Counted from the stretch's first letter, positions 28,388 through 39,171 are shown. The stretch: 64,000 nucleotides of DNA from an uncultured Acidobacteriota bacterium (GCA_963770895.1 CAVYRF010000002.1:5664001-5728000); one strand, 5' to 3'. Made by a program: numbers and translations. Notes: a model not told the origin generated them from the sequence alone.

Positions 28388-28860
28388 GCACGTTCATGAC
28401 CGCCGTCGGACCGTTGGTGCGGCCGGATCTCATCTTTTCCGACCTGACCGCCACCGACCGCTCCGCGCTGTTGCGCGCGCTGGCCGACCGCATCGTGGCG
28501 GCCGGCGCCGCCGGCGCGGCAGGTGACGCCGGCGCCTTGTGGCAGGCGCTGCTCGAGCGCGAGCAGCTGGGCTCGACCGGGATAGGACATTGCACCGCGA
28601 TCCCGCACTGTAAGTTGAAGGGGCTCGACCATGGGATCGTGGCGGTCGGCATCGCCAGGTCCGGGGTGGATTTCGGAGCGCCCGACGGCAAGCCGGTGTC
28701 GATCTTCTTCGTCGTGCTGTCGCCGGCCGAAAACCCGTCCGAGCACCTGCAGATCCTGGCCAGGGTATCGCGCTGGGTGCGCGTCCAGGAGCACGTGGAT
28801 ACCTTGCTCCAGCTGGCCGACGACCAGGCCGTCTTCGACTATGTACGGGAGAGCCTCTGA
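28384..28860 (+). CDS. ptsN: PTS EIIA (Ntr/fructose type)
   Basis: EREQLGSTGIG..AIPH, VDFGAPDGKPV and HLQILA. Confidence 0.85.
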   Translation: MSTFMTAVGPLVRPDLIFSDLTATDRSALLRALADRIVAAGAAGAAGDAGALWQALLEREQLGSTGIGHCTAIPHCKLKGLDHGIVAVGIARSGVDFGAPDGKPVSIFFVVLSPAENPSEHLQILARVSRWVRVQEHVDTLLQLADDQAVFDYVRESL

Positions 28861-29837
28861 TGCAGACCCCACCTCCGGCCATCGTGCCGGAGCCGGTGAC
28901 GGTGCGGGAGCTGCTCGGCGACGAGCTGGCCAGCCTCAACCTGCGGGTGCTGTCGGGGGAGTCGCACCTGGACAACCGCATCACCCACCCGCGGGTGCAA
29001 AAGCCCGGTCTGGCGTTTGCGGGCTACTTCGCCTACATCAAGGAGGGGCGAGTCCAGATCGTCGGCGAAAGCGAAACCGAATACATGCTGACGCTCGACG
29101 AAGCGGAGCGGCTGCGCCGCTTCGACGTCATCGCCAGCCTGCCGGTGCCGGTGTTCGTCATCACCAAGGGGCTGCCGCCGCTGCCCGGCTTCCTGGAGAG
29201 CTGCCAGCGCTCCGAGCTGCCGGTGCTGTCGTCGACGGCGCTGTCGTCGACGGTCATCAAGGCGATCAGCTACTTCCTGGAAGACCACCTGGTGCCGTCG
29301 ACGCGGCTGCACGGCGTGCTGCTCGACATCTACGGGCTGGGCGTGCTGCTGATCGGCGACAGCGGCGTGGGCAAGAGCGAGTCGGCGCTGGACCTGATCA
29401 GCCGCGGCCACAGCCTGGTGGCGGACGACCTGGTCTACGTCAAGCGCTATCCCAGCGGCGAGCTGGTCGGCTTCAGCGAAGGGCCGCTGCGGCTGCACAT
29501 GGAGCTGCGCGGCATCGGCATCATCAACGTCCAGGACCTGTTCGGCCTGGCCTCGGTGCGCGAGCGCAAGACGATCGACCTGGTGATCGAGCTGGAGCAT
29601 TGGCAGGCCGGGCAGGCCTACGACCGGCTCGGCCTGGACGAAACGGTGTTCCACATCCTGGACGTGCCGTGCCCTTACATCCGCATGCCCGTCGCGATGG
29701 GCCGCAACGTCGGCATCCTGGTCGAGATCGCGGCGCGCAACCACGTGCTCAAACTGCAGGGGCACCATTCGGCGCGCGAGTTCGCACGCAAGCTGGAGGC
29801 CGAGCTTGAGCGCAATCGCAAGGTTCCCGCCCGCTGA
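28860..29837 (+). CDS. hprK: HPr kinase/phosphorylase
   Basis: LHGVLLDIYGLGVLLIGDSGVGKSE, LVADD and MELRGIGII. Confidence 0.97.
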   Translation: MQTPPPAIVPEPVTVRELLGDELASLNLRVLSGESHLDNRITHPRVQKPGLAFAGYFAYIKEGRVQIVGESETEYMLTLDEAERLRRFDVIASLPVPVFVITKGLPPLPGFLESCQRSELPVLSSTALSSTVIKAISYFLEDHLVPSTRLHGVLLDIYGLGVLLIGDSGVGKSESALDLISRGHSLVADDLVYVKRYPSGELVGFSEGPLRLHMELRGIGIINVQDLFGLASVRERKTIDLVIELEHWQAGQAYDRLGLDETVFHILDVPCPYIRMPVAMGRNVGILVEIAARNHVLKLQGHHSAREFARKLEAELERNRKVPAR

Positions 29838-30813
29838 TCCGCACGCCGGCGGACCGGTCGCGCCGCCGGCGGCGGTGCCTCCGGCACCGGCGCGGGAGGA
29901 TGCGCGGGCGTCGGCGGGCGCCGCCCTGCCCGCCGGACTGCCGGCCGACAAGCAGCGCCTGGTGCTGATCACCGGGCTTTCCGGCTCGGGCAAGAGCGTC
30001 GTCGCGCGCTGTTTCGAAGACCTCGGGTACTACACGGTGGACAACCTGCCGCTGCCGCTGCTGCGCGAGCTGCTGTCGCGGCCGCGCGAGCTGGCGTGCG
30101 GGCACGAGCGGATCGCGGTGGTCGCCGACTTGCGGGCGCCGGGGTTTGCGGCGGACTTCCCCGGCCTGGTCGCCGAGCTGGACGGCAGCGGCGCCTGCAT
30201 CCGGCCGACGCTGCTGTTCCTGGACGCGAGCGACGAGGTGCTGGTGCGGCGTTTCTCGGAGACGCGCCGGCCGCACCCGCTGGCCGCCGACCAGCCGCCC
30301 ATCGACGGCATCCGGCGCGAGCGCGAGCTGCTCGCCGGCGTGCGGCCGCGGGCGGACGTGGTGCTCGACACCAGCCGCTGGTCGATCCACGAAACGCGCG
30401 ACCAGATCTACCGGGCGTTCGCCGCGCCGGGCGCCGAGCCCGAAATGGTCATCACGCTCAACAGCTTCGGCTTCAAGCACGGCGTGCCGGTCGATGCCGA
30501 TCTGGTCTTCGACGTGCGCTTTCTGTCCAACCCGTACTTCGAGCCAGGGCTGCGCGAGCTCACCGGTCGGGACGCGGAGGTGATGGCCTACCTGGACCGG
30601 CAGGACGATTTCGCGGAAGTGATCGCGCGGCTGGCCGACCTGTTGGGCTTCCTTTTACCCCGCTATCGCTGCGAGAATCGCAGCTATCTCAACGTCGCGG
30701 TCGGCTGCACCGGCGGGCGTCACCGCTCGGTCGCCGTCTGCGAGCGCCTGCGCCAGCGGCTGGAGGCCGCGGGGTGGCCGGCGCGCCTGAGCCATCGCGA
30801 CGTGGCCCGCTAG
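29806..30813 (+). CDS. rapZ: RNase adapter RapZ/YvcJ
   Basis: ITGLSGSGKS, VDNLP, RRFSETRRPHPL, SFGFKHG, DVRFL.NP and GCTGGRHRSV. Start uncertain. Confidence 0.95.
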   Translation: MSAIARFPPADPHAGGPVAPPAAVPPAPAREDARASAGAALPAGLPADKQRLVLITGLSGSGKSVVARCFEDLGYYTVDNLPLPLLRELLSRPRELACGHERIAVVADLRAPGFAADFPGLVAELDGSGACIRPTLLFLDASDEVLVRRFSETRRPHPLAADQPPIDGIRRERELLAGVRPRADVVLDTSRWSIHETRDQIYRAFAAPGAEPEMVITLNSFGFKHGVPVDADLVFDVRFLSNPYFEPGLRELTGRDAEVMAYLDRQDDFAEVIARLADLLGFLLPRYRCENRSYLNVAVGCTGGRHRSVAVCERLRQRLEAAGWPARLSHRDVAR

Positions 30814-30947
30814 TGGCACGGGTGGCAAGGCCGGCGGGGAAGGGCGGCGGCCGGCACCGGGCAGGCGAAAATGCAGCGCAAATTGGGAATGTTGCTGGGG
30901 CTGAATCTGCTGAATAGGGAGGGGGGCTTGCGCTCCACGGACTTACG

Positions 30948-31397
30948 ATGATCGGGACTTTGATCTTGACGCACGGCGGCGCCGCCAACGAGCTGCTGGC
31001 GGCAGCGCAGAAGATCGCGGGATCGCTGCCGTCGTTTGCGGCGTTGTGTCTGGATTGGAACGAGCCGATCGAGGAGCTGAAAGCCGAAGTGGGGCGGGCG
31101 ATCGAACGGCTGGACCAGGGGCAGGGGGTGTTGATCTTGACCGACATGTTCGGCAGCACGCCGTGCAACGTAGCCAGCTCGTACCTCGAAGAGGGCAGGG
31201 TGGAGATCCTGTCGGGCGTCAACCTGCCGATGGTCATGCGGCTGGCCTGCCAGCCGCGGCAGGAGGGGAGCCTCAAGGACCTTGCCCGGTGGCTGCAGGC
31301 GAAGACCCAGAAAAGCGTCTGCCTGGCCAGCGACTTGGTGCCAGCGAAGAAATGCGAAAATATAGCAGCGCTGATCAAGTCGGCGGCTCATGATTGA
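30948..31397 (+). CDS. PTS EIIA, mannose type
   Basis: ILTHG, LTDMFGSTPCN and GVNLPM. Confidence 0.9.
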   Translation: MIGTLILTHGGAANELLAAAQKIAGSLPSFAALCLDWNEPIEELKAEVGRAIERLDQGQGVLILTDMFGSTPCNVASSYLEEGRVEILSGVNLPMVMRLACQPRQEGSLKDLARWLQAKTQKSVCLASDLVPAKKCENIAALIKSAAHD

Positions 31398-31659
31398 GCA
31401 AGACGCCGAGATCGTCAACCGGTTGGGCCTGCACGCGCGAGCGGCGGCGAAGCTGGTCAACACCGCGGCGCGTTTCCAGGCGCGCGTGACGATCTCGAAG
31501 GACGGCGAAGAAGTCGATGCCAAGAGCATCCTGGGTGTCCTGCTGCTCGCCGCCGGCCAGGGCAGCGAGCTGAAGGTGCGCTGCGAAGGCGCGGATGAAG
31601 GCGAGTGCATGCAGGCGTTGACCTCGCTCATCGCCGGCCGCTTCGATGAGGAGAGCTGA
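31390..31659 (+). CDS. ptsH: Phosphocarrier HPr
   Basis: NRLGLHARAAA and DAKSILG. Confidence 0.95.
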   Translation: MIEQDAEIVNRLGLHARAAAKLVNTAARFQARVTISKDGEEVDAKSILGVLLLAAGQGSELKVRCEGADEGECMQALTSLIAGRFDEES

Positions 31660-33425
31660 TGGCGGAGATGCTGGTCCTGCAGGGAATGGGCGTATCGGGC
31701 GGCGTCGCGATCGGTCGCGCGGTGGTGATCGAGACCCGCGAGCCCGACGTCTTCCGGCTGCCGTTGCTGGACGACCAGATCGCGGCCGAGCTGGAGCGTC
31801 TGGATCGGGCGGTGGCCCACGCGCGGGACGAGCTCAAGGTGACCCGGACGCAGGTGCAGGACGATTTCGGCGGGGACCTGGCGGGGATCTTCGACGCCCA
31901 CCTGCTGCTGCTCGCCGACGACCGCTTTCTGCGGCGGGTGGAGGAGCGCATCCGCACCCAGAAGGTCAACGCCGAATGGGCGGTGCACAAGACGGCCGAA
32001 GAGCTGCAGCAGCGTTTCGCGCAGATCGACAACGCCTACCTGCGGGAGCGCGGCACCGACATGACCGACGTCGCCCGGCATCTGCTGCGCAGCCTGCAGG
32101 GCAGCCCCCACCCTGGGGCGTCCGCGGAGCTGCCGCCGGACGTGATCGTGATCGCCGACGACCTGACGCCGTCGGACACCATCCGCCTGGGACGCAATCG
32201 CGTGCTGGGCTTCGCCATCGAGTCGGGCGGCCGCACGTCGCACACGACGATCATTGCCCGGTCGCTCAACCTGCCGGCGGTGGCGGGCCTGACCGGGGCG
32301 ACACGGCTGGTGGCGGACGAAGCGCCGGTGATCGTGGATGGCGAGCAGGGGAAGATCATCGTATGCCCGAGCGAAGAGATCCTGGAGCAATACACCTTGC
32401 GCCGTTTCGACCTGCAGTGCCGTGACCGCGACCTGATGAAGACGCGCGAGCTGGAATCGGTGAGCCGCGACGGGGTGCACGTGTCGCTGATGGCCAACAT
32501 CGACCTGCCCGAAGAGGTGGAAGAAGGTGTCTGCTACGGCGCCGCCGGCATCGGCCTGTACCGCAGCGAATTTCTGTACATCGAAAAGAGCCCCAGCCTG
32601 CCGACGGAAGACGAGCACCTGGCGCTCTACCGGCGGCTCATCGAGTCGGCGGCGCCGCACCCGGCGGTCATCCGCACCTACGACCTGGGCGGGCGCAAGC
32701 TGGCGCGGGAAGTGATGGAGACGCACGAAGAAAACCCGGTGCTGGGTTTGCGCGGCGTCCGTCTCACCCTGGCGCGCCCCGACGTGTTCCGGACGCAGGT
32801 GCGGGCGCTGCTGCGCGCCGGGCTGTTCGGCGACCTGTGGGTGATGCTGCCGCTGGTCAGCACTCTGGACGAGGTGCGGAGCTTCCGCGCCTTCGTGGCG
32901 GAGATGTCGGCGGAGCTGGACAAGGAGGGGATCCCGTTCCGGCGCGACATGCACCTGGGGATCATGATCGAGGTGCCGGGCGCGGCGGTGATCGCCGACG
33001 TCCTGGCGCGCCACGTCGCCTTCTTCTCGATCGGCACCAACGACCTCATCCAGTACTCGCTGGCGGTGGACCGCAACAACGAGCACGTGGCCAGCCTCTA
33101 CCAGCCGCTGCACCCCGGCATCCTGCGCATGCTGCGCCACGTCATCGACAGCGCCCGCGCCGCCCAGATCGACGTCGGCCTGTGCGGCGAGATGGCCGCC
33201 GACACGCGCTGCGCCCTGCTGCTCATCGGCATGGGCATGCGCCGGCTGTCGATGAGCCCGCGGCGCATCCCCGAGATCAAGACCTGCATCCGGCGGATGG
33301 CGGTCTCCGACCTGGCCGACCTCGCCAACCGCTGCATGGGCTTCAGCACCGCGGCCGAAGTGCAGCAGGAAGTCGAAAGCTTTTTCGAAGCGGTCGCGGT
33401 CCCCTCGTCGGCAAGCGCCAGCTGA
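31659..33425 (+). CDS. ptsP: PEP-protein phosphotransferase (Enzyme I)
   Basis: GGRTSHTTIIARS, GIGLYRSEFL, NPVLGLRG, SIGTNDLIQY and CGEMA. Confidence 0.96.
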   Translation: MAEMLVLQGMGVSGGVAIGRAVVIETREPDVFRLPLLDDQIAAELERLDRAVAHARDELKVTRTQVQDDFGGDLAGIFDAHLLLLADDRFLRRVEERIRTQKVNAEWAVHKTAEELQQRFAQIDNAYLRERGTDMTDVARHLLRSLQGSPHPGASAELPPDVIVIADDLTPSDTIRLGRNRVLGFAIESGGRTSHTTIIARSLNLPAVAGLTGATRLVADEAPVIVDGEQGKIIVCPSEEILEQYTLRRFDLQCRDRDLMKTRELESVSRDGVHVSLMANIDLPEEVEEGVCYGAAGIGLYRSEFLYIEKSPSLPTEDEHLALYRRLIESAAPHPAVIRTYDLGGRKLAREVMETHEENPVLGLRGVRLTLARPDVFRTQVRALLRAGLFGDLWVMLPLVSTLDEVRSFRAFVAEMSAELDKEGIPFRRDMHLGIMIEVPGAAVIADVLARHVAFFSIGTNDLIQYSLAVDRNNEHVASLYQPLHPGILRMLRHVIDSARAAQIDVGLCGEMAADTRCALLLIGMGMRRLSMSPRRIPEIKTCIRRMAVSDLADLANRCMGFSTAAEVQQEVESFFEAVAVPSSASAS

Positions 33426-33541
33426 TCTGCGCCGGTCCGCGCGGCCTGCGGCAGCGCCCCTGTCAGCTCTCCCGTCCTGGCGATTTTTGCAGTCCGGAGT
33501 TGCACGTGCTGATGCTTGTTATGCGTCTATACTAGTGTGCC

Positions 33542-34099
33542 ATGGATACCACCCTGGGTAAGCTCACCTACGATTTCCTCGCTGCTCTGCCCGAAGACGG
33601 CAAGCTGCACGAGCTCATCGACGGCGAGCACTACGTGAGCCCGTCGCCGACGCTGCGCCACCAGCTGGTGCTGGGCAACCTTTACTCGGTGCTGCGGGCC
33701 CATGTCAGGTCACACGACCTCGGTCTCATCGTGTTCGCGCCGTTCGACGTGCTGCTGTCGCAGTTCGACGTCCTGGAACCGGACCTGCTGTTCGTCGCCA
33801 AGCGACGGCTGGACGTCGTCGAGGAGCGTTACGTGCACGGCGCTCCCGACCTGGCGATCGAGATCCTTTCGCCGTCCACGCGCCGCATCGACCTGACGAT
33901 CAAGAAGCGCACCTATCGCCGCTTCGGGGTGGCCGAATACTGGATCATCGACCCCAAGGTCGAAACCATCGATGTTTTCCGTGGCGACTCCGACTGGTCG
34001 GTGCCCGTCGCCAGGCTCCACCAGGGTGACGGCGAGCGGGGTCTGGAAAGCCCGGCATTCCCCGGCCTGCGGCTGAGCTGGCAGGACGTTTTCGTCTAG
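33542..34099 (+). CDS. Uma2 family endonuclease
   Basis: ELIDG..SP..HQ, EPDLLFV, GAPDLAIEILSPST and GVAEYWIIDP. Confidence 0.92.
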   Translation: MDTTLGKLTYDFLAALPEDGKLHELIDGEHYVSPSPTLRHQLVLGNLYSVLRAHVRSHDLGLIVFAPFDVLLSQFDVLEPDLLFVAKRRLDVVEERYVHGAPDLAIEILSPSTRRIDLTIKKRTYRRFGVAEYWIIDPKVETIDVFRGDSDWSVPVARLHQGDGERGLESPAFPGLRLSWQDVFV

Positions 34100-34161
34100 C
34101 CCCTAAGCCCGCGGCCCGTCACCGTCGCTTCTCTGCGACGCGACGTTCGGCTATCCTGTCG

Positions 34162-35466
34162 GTGGTGGAACCTTCCCTGCAGACAGAGCTTGGCATCCTG
34201 GTGCCGGTGCATGACCGCCCGCAAAGTGCGCGGTGTGCGGGACTTGGATTACGGCGGCCGCCGCCACGGCGCGTGTCGCGGATTGCCGTTGGTGGGGCAG
34301 GGCTCGGCCTGGCGCTCGCGGTCCTGGCCGCTGGCTGCTCGCAATCGCCGCAAGCGGTGACACGGAGGGACGGGTCCCAGCCGGTCGGCGGACCGACGAC
34401 CCCCGCGGGCAGCGGCTCGGCCGGCGCGTCCGCCAGCGGGTCCGGGCCGGCCCAGGCGGGGGGTGTCGCCCATGGGAGCGAAGCCGAACCCAAGGCCGCG
34501 CCGCTTGCCTCGGCGTCGGCTACAGCGCCGGCGGCGCCGGCGGGTCCCTCAACCAGTGGCGCCAGTGCTGGTTCTGCGCCGGGACAGGTGCCGCAAGGCG
34601 CCACGGCGCCGACGGGTGCGCCGTCGACAGGCATACCGGCGGCAGGCACGCAGACAACCTCCAGCGCCTCCATGGCGAGCGGCGGATCGCAACAGTCCGG
34701 TTCCGTCCCGGCGGCGGCGGCATCTCCCGCGGGTGGCACGGCGGCCGCCCCGCCCGCTCCGGCCGCGCCTGCCGCGGCGACGCCAGGCACGGTGATCCCG
34801 ATCGGCGGCGGCAACGCCGCCACCACAGATCCGTCGGTCGTGATCGTGGACGGTCCCGGAGTCGCGGCGGACTCGCAGCTGAGCCTGGCGGATGCCGCAA
34901 AGGCCGAGCGCGAGCGCAAGGCCGACGCGGTGCCGCCCCGCATCGTGATCAACGACAAGAATCTGCACAGCTACGCCAAGAAGGGCCAGATCACGGTGGC
35001 CGACCCCAAGAAGAAGAAAGCCGCCGCCACCCCGGCAGCGGCGCCGGCAGCGGGGGCGGGCACTGGTGCCGCGGCCGCCGCGACAGCGGAGCCGGTGCGC
35101 GACGAAAGCTATTGGCGGGCGCGGGCGCTGGAGATCCGCCAGCGGTGGCGCAAAGCGGCCGACCGTATCAAGGGTCTGGAAGCGGACGTCGCGGAATGGC
35201 GCCGGCGCTTCTATGCCCAGGACGACCCGTGGGTCCGCGACGGCCAGATCAAGCCGGCGTGGGACCACTCGCTGGAGGAGCTGCGCGACGCTCGCGCCAC
35301 GGCGGAGGTCGCCAAGAAGGAACTGGCAAGCTTCATGGAAGAGGGCCGCGCCGCCGGAGCGCTGCCCGGCTGGCTGCGGGAAGGGATCGACCTCGAACCC
35401 AAGGAAGACAAGCCTGTCGATCCTACCCAGTCCGTCGAAACTCCCATCTACAAAGACAACGGCTGA
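34162..35466 (+). CDS. Hypothetical lipoprotein with low-complexity linker and coiled-coil C-terminus
   Basis: Lipobox LAAGC; SLADAA..ER, VINDKNL, ESYWR and RAAGALPGWLR. Stop overlaps the miaB start. Confidence 0.65.
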   Translation: MVEPSLQTELGILVPVHDRPQSARCAGLGLRRPPPRRVSRIAVGGAGLGLALAVLAAGCSQSPQAVTRRDGSQPVGGPTTPAGSGSAGASASGSGPAQAGGVAHGSEAEPKAAPLASASATAPAAPAGPSTSGASAGSAPGQVPQGATAPTGAPSTGIPAAGTQTTSSASMASGGSQQSGSVPAAAASPAGGTAAAPPAPAAPAAATPGTVIPIGGGNAATTDPSVVIVDGPGVAADSQLSLADAAKAERERKADAVPPRIVINDKNLHSYAKKGQITVADPKKKKAAATPAAAPAAGAGTGAAAAATAEPVRDESYWRARALEIRQRWRKAADRIKGLEADVAEWRRRFYAQDDPWVRDGQIKPAWDHSLEELRDARATAEVAKKELASFMEEGRAAGALPGWLREGIDLEPKEDKPVDPTQSVETPIYKDNG

Positions 35467-36791
35467 TGATCCGGCAGGGCGCGCGACGCTTCTTCATCGA
35501 GACCTGGGGCTGCCAGATGAATGAGCTGGACACCCAGCGCATGGCAGGCCAGTTGATGCAGCAGGGGATGCTGCCGACGCGGGATCCCAACGATGCCGAT
35601 GTGATCCTGTTGAACTCTTGCAGCGTGCGCGAAAAGGCCGAGCAGAAGGTCTATTCGCGGCTGGGCGAATACCGTCTGCTCAAGAAGGATCGCCCGGACC
35701 TGCTCATCGGCCTCTGCGGCTGCGTGGCGCAGCAGGTCGGCGAAAAGGCTCTCAGCCGGGTGTCCGACCTCGACTTCGTGGTGGGCCCGGCGCGCGTCGG
35801 CGAGGTGAGGGACGTCATCGCCCAGGCCTCTGCCGGCCGGCGCGTCGTGCGCACCGGCTTTCCCGAGCAGCGCACCTACGACATCGACGCCGTGGCGCGC
35901 GAAGGCGAATACAAGGGCATGGTCACGATCATCGAAGGGTGCAACAAGAAGTGCACCTTCTGCATCGTGCCGCAGACCCGCGGCCCGGAGCGCAGCCGCC
36001 CGATTGGCGATATCGTCGCGGAAGTAGAGCACCTGCTGGAGTTTGGGTTCGTCGAAATCGAGCTGCTCGGCCAGACGGTCAACCACTGGCGTGATCCGGG
36101 CGGTGAGCTCGACTTTTCTCATCTGTTGGAGCGAGTGGCCACCATCCCCGATCTGCGGCGCCTGCGCTTTGTGACCTCCTACCCGCGTGACTTCACGCCG
36201 GCGATGGTCGAGCAGGTCGGCCGCCATGCGAACATCTGTCCGTATCTTCATCTGCCTGTGCAGTCCGGTTCCGACCGCCTGCTGCGGCGGATGGGGAGGG
36301 GCTACACCAGGGCCGAGTATCTCGACCTGGTCAGCCAGCTGCGCCAGGCGCGACCGGGCCTGGCCCTTTCGACCGATCTCATCGTCGGCTTCCCAGGCGA
36401 GACGGAAGAAGACTTCCAGGCGACTCTCGACCTGGTGAGCGAGGTGCGCTTCGCCTCCGTCTTCGCGTTCGCCTACTCACCGCGGCCGGGAACGGCAGCG
36501 CCCCGCCTCGATGGCGAGGTGCCGCGTGAGCTGGCAGCCGAGCGGCTGCAGCGGCTCTTCGCGCTCGAAGACGGCATCCAGCGCGTCCTGAACCAGGAAC
36601 TCATCGGCAACGAGATGGAAGTGCTGGTGACGGGATGGGGCAAGCAGCCCGGCTCGCAGACCGGCCGCACCTCGTGCCATCGCGTGGTGCACTTCCCGGC
36701 TGCGCCAGCCGCCGTGCCGCTCGGCCAGCTCACCCGCGTCCGCATCGAATCCGCCCTCTCCCATAGCCTGCACGCAGAGCGCGTTGCCTGA
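35466..36791 (+). CDS. miaB: tRNA-2-methylthio-N6-dimethylallyladenosine synthase
   Basis: ETWGCQMN, NSCSVREKAEQK, GCVAQ, radical SAM CNKKCTFC, HLPVQSGS, TDLIVGFPGE and a TRAM domain. Confidence 0.96.
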   Translation: MIRQGARRFFIETWGCQMNELDTQRMAGQLMQQGMLPTRDPNDADVILLNSCSVREKAEQKVYSRLGEYRLLKKDRPDLLIGLCGCVAQQVGEKALSRVSDLDFVVGPARVGEVRDVIAQASAGRRVVRTGFPEQRTYDIDAVAREGEYKGMVTIIEGCNKKCTFCIVPQTRGPERSRPIGDIVAEVEHLLEFGFVEIELLGQTVNHWRDPGGELDFSHLLERVATIPDLRRLRFVTSYPRDFTPAMVEQVGRHANICPYLHLPVQSGSDRLLRRMGRGYTRAEYLDLVSQLRQARPGLALSTDLIVGFPGETEEDFQATLDLVSEVRFASVFAFAYSPRPGTAAPRLDGEVPRELAAERLQRLFALEDGIQRVLNQELIGNEMEVLVTGWGKQPGSQTGRTSCHRVVHFPAAPAAVPLGQLTRVRIESALSHSLHAERVA

Positions 36792-36877
36792 GCAGCGGGG
36801 GAGGAGGCGAGATCCGGCGCCGTTCAGGCGGCGTGGTTTTGCTTGACCTTCCCAGCGGCTGGGTCCCACAATAGGTC

Positions 36878-37378
36878 ATGAGCGACCCTGCGGCAGAGCT
36901 TCGCGTCGAGATCAAAGGCCTGATGCTGGACCCTTCTTCGGATGTGCCGATCGTGATCCTGCGCGACGTGGAGAACCAGCTGTTCCTGCCGATTTGGATC
37001 GGCGTACCCGAGGCGCAGGCGATCGCCGCCCACATCGAAGGGATCGAGTCGCCGCGCCCGATGACCCACGATCTGCTCCGCCAGCTTATCGACAGGCTGG
37101 GAGCCACCCTCGACAAGGTGGTCATCTCCGACCTCAAGGAGAACACCTTTTTTGCCAACCTCCACTTCCTGCAGGGCGAAAAGCACGTAGTGGTCGATGC
37201 GCGGCCGAGCGATGCCATCGCCCTGGCGCTACGCACGCAGGCGCCGATCTTCGTCCTGCAATCGGTGCTCGATCAGGCGCAGGCCGTGGACCGCGCCGCC
37301 AAGGTGCCAGATCAGGAGAAAATCAAGAAGTGGCTGGAAGAAGTGAGCCCAGAAGAGTTGGGCAAATGGACGATGTAG
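36878..37378 (+). CDS. Bifunctional nuclease family (DUF151)
   Basis: LPIWIG..EAQAI, RPMTHDL and DARPSDAIALA. Confidence 0.92.
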   Translation: MSDPAAELRVEIKGLMLDPSSDVPIVILRDVENQLFLPIWIGVPEAQAIAAHIEGIESPRPMTHDLLRQLIDRLGATLDKVVISDLKENTFFANLHFLQGEKHVVVDARPSDAIALALRTQAPIFVLQSVLDQAQAVDRAAKVPDQEKIKKWLEEVSPEELGKWTM

Positions 37379-37503
37379 CCGCGGCGACTGCCGCCGGGTC
37401 GTCCCCGTCGATCGCTGTAACACACCTATAATCAATGCTTTGCGAGCCATGTCGGCGCGCCGACAAAGGCGGGATACCATCAATGGAGCTGCGTCGCAAT
37501 CCC

Positions 37504-37532
37504 TTGACCCACCTCATGGTGTCTCTTAGACT
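37504..37532 (+). promoter_or_regulatory. Sigma70-type promoter of parAB
   Basis: TTGACC-N17-TAGACT, 15 nt before the ATG. Confidence 0.55.
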
Positions 37533-37547
37533 GCTGATCGCATCCTC

Positions 37548-38306
37548 ATGATTATCGCGATCGCAAACCAGAAAGGTGGCGTCGGTAAAACGACCACCGC
37601 GATCAACTTGGCGGCGGGCCTGGCGAGCAAGGGCAGGCGGACGCTGCTCCTGGATCTGGACCCGCAAGCCAACAGCTCGATGTCCTTTCTGGACATCCGG
37701 CAGCTCAAGCTCTCGATCTACGACGCCCTCACGGACGACCAGATCCACCTGTCCGATGTCCTTGTCCCGGCGGAAAAGATCCCCAATCTGATGGTTGCCC
37801 CTTCGACCATCGCTCTGGCGAAGATCGAGGCAAAGCTGATCGGCGAGCTCGATAGCCACTACCGCCTCAAGGACGAGGTGGAGCGGGTTCAGGACTCCTT
37901 TGAGTACATCGTGATCGACACCCCGCCGACACTGGGAATCATCACCGTGAACGCGTTGGTCGCCGCCTCCCACGTGCTGATTCCCATCCAGGCCAGCTAC
38001 TTCGCCCTCGAGGGCACGGACGACCTGCTGGAGACGATCGACAAAATCAAGGTCCGGGCCAACCCCCAGCTGCAGATCCTGGGCGCACTCATCACGATGT
38101 ACGACAAACGGACTTTGCTGGCGAAGGACATCCTGGAGCAGATCCAATCCGTCTTCGGCGTCAAGGTGTTCAATACCATCATCACCAAGAGTGTTCGGCT
38201 CGAAGAGAGCCCGGCGTATCGAGAGTCGATTTTCTCGTTCGCTCCCAAGTCGACCGGAGCCTACGAGTACTACCGGCTCTCCGAGGAGGTCCTGAGTCGT
38301 GTCTGA
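37548..38306 (+). CDS. parA: ParA/Soj ATPase
   Basis: NQKGGVGKTTT, DLDPQAN and DTPP. Confidence 0.93.
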   Translation: MIIAIANQKGGVGKTTTAINLAAGLASKGRRTLLLDLDPQANSSMSFLDIRQLKLSIYDALTDDQIHLSDVLVPAEKIPNLMVAPSTIALAKIEAKLIGELDSHYRLKDEVERVQDSFEYIVIDTPPTLGIITVNALVAASHVLIPIQASYFALEGTDDLLETIDKIKVRANPQLQILGALITMYDKRTLLAKDILEQIQSVFGVKVFNTIITKSVRLEESPAYRESIFSFAPKSTGAYEYYRLSEEVLSRV

Positions 38307-39171
38307 CCCATCTCGCAAGCGCGGCCTCCCATTGCAGGTCAAAATGCGCCATGACACCCACTTTGTCGAGGAACTGGCAGCCCGCAGCGAGGCCCCGGTC
38401 GGCAGGATGGTTCCGCTCTCCGCGATCGAGCCCGACCCCAATCAGCCCAGGGGAACGTTGGGAGAGCTCCACGAATTGGTAGCCTCCATCCGCTCCAAGG
38501 GCGTTCTCGAGCCGATCCTGGTCCGGCCCCGGCCGCCCGCGCCCGGCGAAGAGGCGGTCGGCGTGGCCTACCGGATCATCTCCGGCGAGCGGCGCTATCG
38601 TGCGGCCCAGGAGGCCGGCCTCTACGAGGTTCCGGCGATCGAGATGGACGTCTCTGAAGAAGAGGCGTTAGAGATCGCCCTGATCGAAAATCTCCAGCGC
38701 AAAGACCTGACTCCCTTCGAAGAAGCCGAGGGCTTCCGCCGCCTGGCAGAGATCCACCGCTACACCCACGAAGACATCGCCGAGGCAGTGGGGAAGTCTC
38801 GCACCGTCGTGACCGAAAGCCTGTCGCTTCTCCAGATGTCCCCCCGCGTCCGCGACACGGTGCAAGCCCTGGGAATCAGCTCCAAGTCGCTCCTTCTGGA
38901 AGTCCTCAAGGCCGGCAACGAAGGCGAGATGATCAGCCTCCTGGAAGAGGTCGCGCGCCTCGGCCTCAACCGCGACGACCTGCGGCGCCGCCTCCGGCGA
39001 GCCGATCCCGCCAAGGGCACCAGCCGCAGGAAGCCCTACATCTTCCGCTTCAAGGCCCCCGACAAGACTTACTCGCTGGCCCTCACCTTCCGCCAGGCAG
39101 AAGTCGACCGCTCCGACCTCATTCAAGCCCTGGAAAAGATCCTCAGCCAGCTGAGATCCGACACCCGCTAG
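38299..39171 (+). CDS. parB: ParB/Spo0J family protein
   Basis: PNQPR, GVLEPILV, SGERRYRAA, ENLQRKDL and an HTH. Confidence 0.92.
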   Translation: MSDPSRKRGLPLQVKMRHDTHFVEELAARSEAPVGRMVPLSAIEPDPNQPRGTLGELHELVASIRSKGVLEPILVRPRPPAPGEEAVGVAYRIISGERRYRAAQEAGLYEVPAIEMDVSEEEALEIALIENLQRKDLTPFEEAEGFRRLAEIHRYTHEDIAEAVGKSRTVVTESLSLLQMSPRVRDTVQALGISSKSLLLEVLKAGNEGEMISLLEEVARLGLNRDDLRRRLRRADPAKGTSRRKPYIFRFKAPDKTYSLALTFRQAEVDRSDLIQALEKILSQLRSDTR